From Candidatus Bathyarchaeota archaeon (GTDB taxonomy: Archaea; Thermoproteota; Bathyarchaeia; TCS64), in NCBI GenBank assembly GCA_043826455.1, contig JBDRQD010000016.1, positions 1 through 29,355 on the forward strand: a stretch of DNA of 29,355 nucleotides, read 5' to 3'. A program made the position numbers and the translations under genes. The notes beneath the pieces are model-generated. The model saw nothing but the letters and a program-made list of their open reading frames with translations, was not told the origin of the DNA and ran no database searches. Positions 18,314-25,446 of this stretch are shown here, piece by piece. Position 1 is the stretch's first letter. Each line of letters opens with the position of its first letter.

Positions 18314-18727
18314 CTACTTCTTCTTCTCCTCTTTCCTAGTGTGGATGGCGGTTATCACCATCTGTCCGTCGCAGCGGCTGCAGGGCTCGTCCCGCTTGAA
18401 GATGTAGTCTCCCCGCTGGAAGCTCCTAACCCGCTTCAGGTTGCATTGGGGGCACTCCAGGGTAGTGATGACATCGTACTTCTTAGTCTCCAGGGTGTCC
18501 TTGACCGTGGGTTTAGCCCGGAAGAAGCTATACCCAATGGCGATGAAGCCGCTAGCCCCTATGATCAGGTACATGAAGGCGGTCTCGATCTCCCCGTCAC
18601 CGTAGGCCCTGAAACCCATGTATAGGCTCACCAACGCCAGGGCGCCCACGAGGATCATGGCCGCCAAGGTCAGTAAGTTCTGGGATGCGCTGCCCGCTAT
18701 GGGGGGGCTGTCGCTCATCCGCTTCAT
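18314..18727 (-). CDS. Two-TM membrane protein with C-terminal CxxC...CxxC zinc ribbon
   Basis: Two hydrophobic helices, then ECPQC...RSFQRGDYIFK...CSRC; overlaps the DUF1512 stop (ATGA coupling). Confidence 0.8.
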   Translation of the reverse strand: MKRMSDSPPIAGSASQNLLTLAAMILVGALALVSLYMGFRAYGDGEIETAFMYLIIGASGFIAIGYSFFRAKPTVKDTLETKKYDVITTLECPQCNLKRVRSFQRGDYIFKRDEPCSRCDGQMVITAIHTRKEEKKK

Positions 18728-19842
18728 TGCGCCACCCCCACAGTGTTGCCTATGCCGGCCACCACTATTGTGTCCCCCTCCTTGCTGTAGTCAAGGATGA
18801 GGCCCTTCACGCTGGCCACCGCCTTGTCCGTGGCCTCGAAGAGGGGCTGCACCAGGGGCGCAACCACGTGCTCTATTCCCTGCTTGATGGCTACTGCGTA
18901 CATGGGCACGTCGTGCTCCGTGGCAATGAGCTCAATCTTGTACTTCTCCACGCCGGGGCCCCCGATGGCTGCGCCCACGCCCTCAGCGATCTCGCCCACC
19001 TGCTCACCCTCCAGCATGCCCGCGGCGTCCACGGTGATGAGCATGGTGACCTTGCCCTTGTTCTCGTTCATGATGTTGGTGATGGCGTCCCCGGGCTTGC
19101 CTACGCTGCCCCCGGGGCCATAAGCCTTGGTCACGATGACGCGCCGGCCCTCGTACTGGATCTCGGCGGCCACCATCTCCTTAGCCACCTCGCGGGTGGA
19201 GGCGCCGTTGATGAGCTTGGCAGCCACTATGGGGCCCACGCCGTCCCCGATGGGTATCCCGTCCTGGAAGGCCTGCAGCGCGGCGCTGTAAGCCTCGATC
19301 TGTTGGAGGATCATCGGCAGTATCATGTGGATCTGCATGATTATGTAGATGTTCATGGTCTTCTTGCCCAGCAGGTAGTAGTGCCGGATGACCTTGTAGA
19401 AGATGTTCAGGGCGAGGGACGCCTCTAGGAGGTTCTCCATGTTGTTTTTCTCCGACTCTGTGGCGTTGGGCGCCATCAAGTCCACCTCCTTCTCGAATGT
19501 AGACTCCCTCACGTTCAGTACCTTGCCCAGCTTCTGAACCACGCCGGCGGGGTCCATGCCCACAGGCTCGATGATGAAGTGCTCCAGGAACCTCTCCACC
19601 ATTGGCGTAGGGTCCCGTTCAGGCTTACCTATCTCCTTGATGGTCTTGATGGAGGCCTCTTTGCCTTCGTCGCGGAGGCCCTTGATTTTGCGGAGGGTCA
19701 CCTCGATCTGGCGGAGCATGGTCATTGCCTGGATGCGCTGAGCGTAGAACAGGTAGATGATGAACGCGAAGCTGAACAACGTCTGAAGTATCATCTGTAC
19801 CTCGTTTTCTGCTTGCCCTAGTTGCCCCAACAGTTGGAACAT
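18724..19842 (-). CDS. DUF1512 family protein
   Basis: P.GMDPAGVV, PIGDGVGP, KAYGPGGSVGKPG, ITVDAA..LEGE, EGVGAAIGGPGVEK and terminal GIGNTVGVAQ. Confidence 0.85.
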   Translation of the reverse strand: MFQLLGQLGQAENEVQMILQTLFSFAFIIYLFYAQRIQAMTMLRQIEVTLRKIKGLRDEGKEASIKTIKEIGKPERDPTPMVERFLEHFIIEPVGMDPAGVVQKLGKVLNVRESTFEKEVDLMAPNATESEKNNMENLLEASLALNIFYKVIRHYYLLGKKTMNIYIIMQIHMILPMILQQIEAYSAALQAFQDGIPIGDGVGPIVAAKLINGASTREVAKEMVAAEIQYEGRRVIVTKAYGPGGSVGKPGDAITNIMNENKGKVTMLITVDAAGMLEGEQVGEIAEGVGAAIGGPGVEKYKIELIATEHDVPMYAVAIKQGIEHVVAPLVQPLFEATDKAVASVKGLILDYSKEGDTIVVAGIGNTVGVAQ

Positions 19843-19984
19843 TGAATCACAGCAGTTGAAAACAGGCTAAGCGTTATAAATGTTAGCGTAAAACGGGCTG
19901 GAATCTATGCGAAACGGTATAACGGCGACGCAAAATCTCAGCCCCTAGCACATTTTTTAAGGGGGTTTTCCGTGAGTGTAAGGG

Positions 19985-22723
19985 ATGTTCAGCTACGCCG
20001 TAAAGAGGATCACACGGGGGAAAGGTCTGTTCCTGTCACTGTTCCTGAGCGTAGCTCTGGCCGCCACCCTCTTCTCAGGTATCCTGCAGGGCGCCGACGC
20101 AATAGGCGTAGCCATACTGGATGAGACCCTGAAGACGGCTTATGTGGATATCATATCGAGCGCCCCCGACAAGAACGTCACCAAGACACGTTACTGGGAG
20201 ATAGACGCACTTTTCGGCGAGGTGGAGGGGGTTGAACGCGCAGACCACTTCATAAGATGGAGCGTAAAACTCAGCTCAGGGGCTATCAACGGCACCATTA
20301 ACTCCGTCATATTGGCCCTGCCGGACGGCTCGTCTCTCTACGAGGGGATCAATGGCGTTGAGGTGTTTGAGGACGGCGTCGTCTACGTTGACGCGAGCTC
20401 CACCAACGCCACCGAGCTGCTAGAAAGTGAGACCCTGACCCTCGTGGTGGAAACCTATATGCCCTACAATCCCCCCGGCTTCCAGAACCTTAGTTTCAAC
20501 TACACGGTGGCGGGGGGTGTGGGCCTCAAGGAGAAGGCCTTCCAGATTGGCACCGGGAGGTACAACATATTCCTCCGAGACCTCATACAGGGCAGGGAGG
20601 AGCTCACCAGGCGCCCCTCATATAACATGATCCTGGTGAGCGAGGACACCCTCGTTGAGCTGCTCAGGGGCATCTTCGCCCAGCAGAAGAGGCCGACCAT
20701 GGACCAGACCACTGAGGCTCTCATAATATTGGAGAGGGGTAGCGTGTTGAACCCCTGGGACATCCAGGAGTCCAAGAGGAGGGTGGATGCCATCTTCGAG
20801 GAGATTAACGCTGAGGGGGCCGGGTACTATTACCTGCCCAGAAGCTACTTGGGAGAGCTCCTAGACGCCATCTCGTCTCTCAGCAACCAGATGAAGACCA
20901 GCACCATGCTGGTGGCGCTGCCCGTCTTCTTCTGCGCGTGGTACCTGGGGACCACCGTCAGCGACGTGGTGTTCAGCCTGAGGAAAAGGGAGATGGGGCT
21001 CCTCTTCACACGTGGCATGACCCACAGGCAGGTGCTGTACATCCTTGTCTTCGAGGGCCTCCTGGTGAGCTTGTCCGCGGCAGGGGTAGGAGTGCTGGCT
21101 GGCGCCCTCCTGCTGGTCCTTGTCATCCCCAACATGTCCGTGTTGGGGCTGCTTAGATCGATAAATCCCTTTACGGCGGGGGCCACCCTGCTGTTCAGCG
21201 CGGCGCTGGCCCTGTTCGCCCTTTACAGGCCGGCCCAGAGGGCCACCGAGGTTAACATAGTTGACGCCTTGAGAGAGCACCAGAGCGAGGAGGAGGGCCT
21301 GGGGGACTGGCAGACTCCTCTCCTGGCCTTCCTGCTAGGAGGCTACAAGGTGGCCATGCTTGTGGCCGGCCTTACTGTTGAGCAGTTCAGGCCCACCACC
21401 AGTAATCTCGTGGTCACCCTCCTTTACAGCACCTGGTGGGGCACGGATTACCTGCTCGGTTTCATCTCGCCTATCCTGCTCTTCTGGGGGTTCATCAAGC
21501 TCTTCCTGCAGTACGTGCCCGGGTTCCAGGTATCCCTGGGTAGGCTGGCCTCGTTTGTGGTGGGCGACGCCGCTAGGTTCTCGGCCCTCAGTAGCGGCAG
21601 GAACCTGAAGAGGGTTGCCGCGTCCACCTTCATGATAGCCCTCATCATGGGGTACAGTGTTACCATCATCGGTAACGTGGCCAGCACCACCGACTTCATG
21701 GAGCAGGCCGTCAGGTACACGGTGGGGGCGGACGCCTCCGTCTGGCTCTTCGAGGGGGATACCATCGATGAGCTCATGGGTAGGATAGCGGAGATGGACG
21801 GGGTGCTGGCTGTGGCCAAGGAGACCCACTTCTCCCCTGACAGCAGCCTGGGTAAGATACCCGTCAGGGCTGTGAACCCCATGGAGTGGAAGGAGGCGGC
21901 CTACGTGGATATTGGCCTGGTGGAGAGCGGTAGCGTCTACGCCATGGATCGGGGAGAAAGCTTCGGCATCATGGAGAGGGGGGCCGCCGAGAGGCTGGGC
22001 CTCAGGGTTAATAACACGCTCCTGGTGAAGCTCCAGTCCAAGGTTTACCCAATCAAGATCGTGGGCCTGTACGGTAAGGAGCCGGGGGAGTACTGGTCGA
22101 TCCAGAACCCCACGGTCTACGTGAACGAGGGGTTCCTGAAGAACGTGAAGGAGAAATTAATTGATAAGAGGAGGATCATCGTGGACCTGGCCGACCACGT
22201 GGACCTGGCGGCCTTCAAGGCGACCGTTGCCGGGCTAAGCCCGGATGTGGAGAGGGTGGACGTCACGGCCCTGCAGATGAGTCGGGTTCTCAACAACATC
22301 TACCTGGCGGGGCCCAGGAGGGTGGAGGAGCTGGGGGCCTACTTCGCGGGGCTGGTGGCGAGCCTGGGGGTGGCCCTGATCGTGTCCACCCTCATCCGGA
22401 GCAGAAACAAGGAGCTGACCATCATGGCAATCAGGGGGTACAGCCCCAGTCAGCTGAGCATGAGCCTCGTATTCGAGAACGTGGGTATGGAGTTCCTGGC
22501 TATACTGCTGGGTACCGCCGTGGGCTTCGTGAGCCTCCGGGGCCAGACGGAGCTCTTCAACCAGGTTCTGGCCACGAGCATTGAGAGGAGGGTGGTTTTC
22601 CCCCTCTCGTCACAGATCAACCTATTGATCATTGTCGGGCTGCTGCTGGCGGCCACCCTGCTGCCCATACTGGTGGCGGTGAGGAGGATCAGCGGCTCCC
22701 CCGACCTGAAGCTGGAGGAGTAG
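19985..22723 (+). CDS. FtsX/MacB-like ABC permease with two FtsX domains
   Basis: RKREMGLLFTRGMT..QV and RNKELTIMAIRGYS..QL repeats, large extracytoplasmic loops, VGADA motif. Confidence 0.9.
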   Translation: MFSYAVKRITRGKGLFLSLFLSVALAATLFSGILQGADAIGVAILDETLKTAYVDIISSAPDKNVTKTRYWEIDALFGEVEGVERADHFIRWSVKLSSGAINGTINSVILALPDGSSLYEGINGVEVFEDGVVYVDASSTNATELLESETLTLVVETYMPYNPPGFQNLSFNYTVAGGVGLKEKAFQIGTGRYNIFLRDLIQGREELTRRPSYNMILVSEDTLVELLRGIFAQQKRPTMDQTTEALIILERGSVLNPWDIQESKRRVDAIFEEINAEGAGYYYLPRSYLGELLDAISSLSNQMKTSTMLVALPVFFCAWYLGTTVSDVVFSLRKREMGLLFTRGMTHRQVLYILVFEGLLVSLSAAGVGVLAGALLLVLVIPNMSVLGLLRSINPFTAGATLLFSAALALFALYRPAQRATEVNIVDALREHQSEEEGLGDWQTPLLAFLLGGYKVAMLVAGLTVEQFRPTTSNLVVTLLYSTWWGTDYLLGFISPILLFWGFIKLFLQYVPGFQVSLGRLASFVVGDAARFSALSSGRNLKRVAASTFMIALIMGYSVTIIGNVASTTDFMEQAVRYTVGADASVWLFEGDTIDELMGRIAEMDGVLAVAKETHFSPDSSLGKIPVRAVNPMEWKEAAYVDIGLVESGSVYAMDRGESFGIMERGAAERLGLRVNNTLLVKLQSKVYPIKIVGLYGKEPGEYWSIQNPTVYVNEGFLKNVKEKLIDKRRIIVDLADHVDLAAFKATVAGLSPDVERVDVTALQMSRVLNNIYLAGPRRVEELGAYFAGLVASLGVALIVSTLIRSRNKELTIMAIRGYSPSQLSMSLVFENVGMEFLAILLGTAVGFVSLRGQTELFNQVLATSIERRVVFPLSSQINLLIIVGLLLAATLLPILVAVRRISGSPDLKLEE

Positions 22724-22726
22724 GAG

Positions 22727-23620
22727 TTGAGTACAAGGAACGCTGTCATCGTGCGGGATCTCATCAAGATCTATAGGCTGGGTGAGATAGAGGTCCAGGC
22801 CCTGAGGGGCCTCAACATGAACGTGAGGAAAGGGGAGATGGTGTCTCTCATCGGGCCCAGCGGGTCGGGTAAGAGTACATTGCTTAACATAGTTGGGGGC
22901 CTGGATAAGGCGACTGCTGGTAGCGTCAAGGTCTTCGACACGGACCTCACCAACCTGTCGCCGGCTCAGCTGGTGAGCTTTAGGCGGGGCACCGTGGGCC
23001 ACGTCTTCCAGAACATGAACCTTATCCCGACGTTGACGGCGGCTGAGAACGTGGAGCTGCCCATGGCTGCCCTGGGCATCCCGGCCTCCGAGAGGCAGAG
23101 CAGGGTGGAGAACCTGGTCGGCGTTGTGGGCCTAAAGGGCCGGATGGATCACAAGCCGGGGGAGCTGAGCGGAGGCGAGCAGCAGAGGATAGCATTGGCG
23201 GCGGCGCTGGCCAATGATCCTCCTCTGGTGCTGGCTGACGAGCCCACAGGTGAGCTGGACACGGAGAACGCGACTATCGTGGTGGAGTACCTGAGGAAGG
23301 TGAACCAGGACCTGGGTAAGACGGTGGTGATGGTTACCCACGACCCCAGGATCGCCAGGGTGTCCGACAGGATTCTCCGGATCCATGACGGCGTGGTGGA
23401 GGCGGATGTGTCGCCGACGCTGGACGTGGGGGGACCCGGTAACTACGGGGAGATGCTGAAGGCTCGGCTGGGGGAGATCGATGCTTCGTTGGCTGGGCTG
23501 GATGGCCAGTTCAGGGCTGGGATGATCAGTGGTGACGAGTATGTGGAGCGGCAGACGCGGCTTAAGAGGACGGTGGAGGTGCTGCGTGAGGAGCTTCACA
23601 GGCTGGGGATCGTCAGGTAG
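22727..23620 (+). CDS. ABC transporter ATP-binding protein (LolD/MacB family) with C-terminal extension
   Basis: GPSGSGKST, LSGGEQQR, LADEPTGELD, VTHD; TTG start after GAGGAG. Confidence 0.95.
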   Translation: MSTRNAVIVRDLIKIYRLGEIEVQALRGLNMNVRKGEMVSLIGPSGSGKSTLLNIVGGLDKATAGSVKVFDTDLTNLSPAQLVSFRRGTVGHVFQNMNLIPTLTAAENVELPMAALGIPASERQSRVENLVGVVGLKGRMDHKPGELSGGEQQRIALAAALANDPPLVLADEPTGELDTENATIVVEYLRKVNQDLGKTVVMVTHDPRIARVSDRILRIHDGVVEADVSPTLDVGGPGNYGEMLKARLGEIDASLAGLDGQFRAGMISGDEYVERQTRLKRTVEVLREELHRLGIVR

Positions 23621-23688
23621 CCCGCCTTTGTTACAAGCCGCTAGTAATTCCAGGAAGTAGGCGGATGTTTTTACTCAGGGTTTCCAGA

Positions 23689-23715
23689 GTTTGTTCCATG
23701 TGGCTGGGAATTGTG
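23689..23715 (+). repeat. 27-bp intergenic element, copy 2 (GTTTGTTCCATGTGGCTGGGAATTGTG)
   Basis: 25/27 identical to the reverse complement of 15621-15647; followed by an AT-rich tract. Confidence 0.85.
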
Positions 23716-23925
23716 TTTTTTCCAGGTATGCGCGGACTGTTGACCCTGTGTATATTTATTGGGTTATGGTTTCCTGGTGCTGTTGCTGTACCTTCCGGTA
23801 AAATTTTGGGGACTTATTATTGGTGACTTATTTTTGTGTCAATGTAAGATATTCTCAACCATTTTCCGTGTTACTGTTGGCTCAAGCCAAATAAAAGGGG
23901 GTGTTGGATGGCTCCATGAGGGCGT

Positions 23926-24396
23926 CTAGGACCCTTGGTTCTTGGCGAATCTGGCTCCTCTGCCCCCGAGGCCTAGCCCACGTCCCATGAGGGGTCTATC
24001 GATGCCTAGCTCCCCCAGCCTACGCTGGATGAGCTCCTGGACCTGGGCTCTGAGCTGCCTCAGGCCCTCCATCTGCTCGTCGGTGAGCTGGGGCATCCGG
24101 CACTCCACGCCGAGTTCCTCAAGGTACGCTTGGACGTATTCCTTGATCTCCTCCTGGGACGCGCCTTCCTCCCTCATGGCGTCCACTGTCTCCTTCAGCT
24201 CCTGGCGCTGCTCCTCGTCGAGGCAGCCCAGCATGGGGCCGCGCATCCTCCAGCCACCAACATAGTTAAGGGGGTTAGAGGCGGTGGCGTCATCCTGGTC
24301 GGTCTCCGCGGCTACCATGCTTAGGCCTCCTGCGGCGAGGCTCAGGGCTATGAGCAGCACTGAGGTCAGTGCAACTGCTTTTGTTCTTCCATTCAT
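23926..24396 (-). CDS. Secreted helical protein with LTxxQ-like motifs (Spy/CpxP/ZraP-like)
   Basis: Signal peptide (RTKAVALTSVLLIALSLAAGGLSMVAA), LDEEQ and LTDEQ motifs, Gly/Met/Arg-rich flanks. ATG 24396 follows GAGGTGA (ORF-track start 24420). Confidence 0.7.
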   Translation of the reverse strand: MNGRTKAVALTSVLLIALSLAAGGLSMVAAETDQDDATASNPLNYVGGWRMRGPMLGCLDEEQRQELKETVDAMREEGASQEEIKEYVQAYLEELGVECRMPQLTDEQMEGLRQLRAQVQELIQRRLGELGIDRPLMGRGLGLGGRGARFAKNQGS

Positions 24397-24436
24397 CCGG
24401 TTGTTTTCACCTCGAGGCATGTTTGCCTTGAATTAG

Positions 24437-24507
24437 TTTTAAACGGTTTTTCAAGGTTCCACCAGATTTTGATCAGATTTGGGTGTAAACTGGAACATCC
24501 CTTAACT
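24437..24507. promoter_or_regulatory. Divergent promoter pair with central GATC-dyad operator (copy 1)
   Basis: TTTAAAA (- strand) and CTTAACT (+ strand) TATA-like boxes lie 27 and 26 nt from the central GATC; 24466-24495 is 29/30 identical to 25365-25394. Confidence 0.75.
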
Positions 24508-24554
24508 AGAGTTTTAAACCTTGGAGGAGGTAGATACCCTTTGGTAGACCCCAT

Positions 24555-24878
24555 ATGGCGCCGCCTACACGTACCTTCAAGCATCTGCTCCTGTGGCTAT
24601 TCACGGGGACGCGGGGAGGTACCAACAGGGGGCGCATCATCGAGGCCATCCGTGAGCACCCCATGAACACCAACCAGCTTAGGATACTCCTGGACCTGGA
24701 CTACAGGACCGTGAAGCACCACCTGGACGTGCTTGAGGACAACGACTTGATCACGTCCGCGGGTAACAGCTACGGCAAGATGTACTTCGTGTCCCAGAAG
24801 CTGCTGGAGACCATGGAGGACTTCGATGAGATATGGGGTGGAATAAAGGAGAAGCTGGAGAGGGAGACTGAGAGATGA
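24555..24878 (+). CDS. Archaeal ArsR-like winged-helix transcriptional regulator
   Basis: LLLWLFTGTRGGTNRGRII...PMNTNQL...LDLDYRTVKHHLDVLEDNDLI...YGKMYF. Confidence 0.9.
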   Translation: MAPPTRTFKHLLLWLFTGTRGGTNRGRIIEAIREHPMNTNQLRILLDLDYRTVKHHLDVLEDNDLITSAGNSYGKMYFVSQKLLETMEDFDEIWGGIKEKLERETER

Positions 24879-25312
24879 GGAGAACTGCCACGTTCATCAT
24901 ACTTGCGCTGATAATGGTACAGACTGTAGTCATCGTCAGCGCCCAGCCGGGGGAGAGACCCTACCCCTGGAGGCCGCGTTTCAATGAGACGACCCCCGAC
25001 AAGCTGCGCGAGTTTGAGAGACGGATCGAGACCTATGTTATCGGTAAAATAGTCATATCTTCCCTCAACTTCCTCCTCTACGGGTACATCACCTACTTCT
25101 ATCTGAAGCTCTACAGGGAGAACGAGTCCAAGTTCAGCCTGGCCCTGGCCGGCCTCTCAGTCGTGCTTCTAGTTTACTCAGTCTCTAGTAACCCGCTGAT
25201 ACTGCTGGTGTTCAGAGGCTCAGACCCGTTATGGATGAACGTGTTTAACTTCGTCCCCGACCTGCTGGCAACAGTGGTAGCCTTCATCATGATATACCTC
25301 TCAAAAACCTAG
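24875..25312 (+). CDS. Membrane protein (N-terminal signal/TM plus 3 TM), coupled to the wHTH gene
   Basis: Hydrophobic segments; Y..LYRENESKFSLAL motif; ATGA overlap with the regulator. Confidence 0.8.
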   Translation: MRRTATFIILALIMVQTVVIVSAQPGERPYPWRPRFNETTPDKLREFERRIETYVIGKIVISSLNFLLYGYITYFYLKLYRENESKFSLALAGLSVVLLVYSVSSNPLILLVFRGSDPLWMNVFNFVPDLLATVVAFIMIYLSKT

Positions 25313-25360
25313 ACCACACCCCTAAAGGCTCCGCCAACGTTACACCAGATTTCTCTACCT

Positions 25361-25407
25361 ACCAATTTTGATCAGAATTGGGTGTAAACTGGAAAAACGG
25401 CTTAATA
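25361..25407 (+). promoter_or_regulatory. Operator copy 2 plus BRE/TATA upstream of the NEW3-ABC operon
   Basis: CCAATTTTGATCAGAATTGG (25362-25381, dyad with one mismatched pair), then GTGTAAACTGGAAAAACGG-CTTAATA. Confidence 0.75.
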
Positions 25408-25446
25408 GGGTTTCAGAGGCTAAGCCAATGCAATGGTGAAAATGAC

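Noticed and set aside
15621..23715. 27-bp element as a CRISPR repeat or transposon terminal inverted repeats
   Set aside because: It starts GTTT and ends GGAATTG like some CRISPR repeats, but there is no array, spacer or cas gene. There is no transposase or evident target-site duplication, and the enclosed genes are housekeeping.
24523..24560. Strong SD (GGAGGAGGT) before an out-of-frame TTG at 24541, suggesting a frameshifted wHTH start
   Set aside because: The ATG 24555 frame already gives a complete family-like N-terminus, and there is no slippery site.
25378..25446. ORF-track N-terminal extension of the NEW3 protein
   Set aside because: It runs through the operator and TATA box; TTG 25447 has an SD and yields a proper signal peptide.
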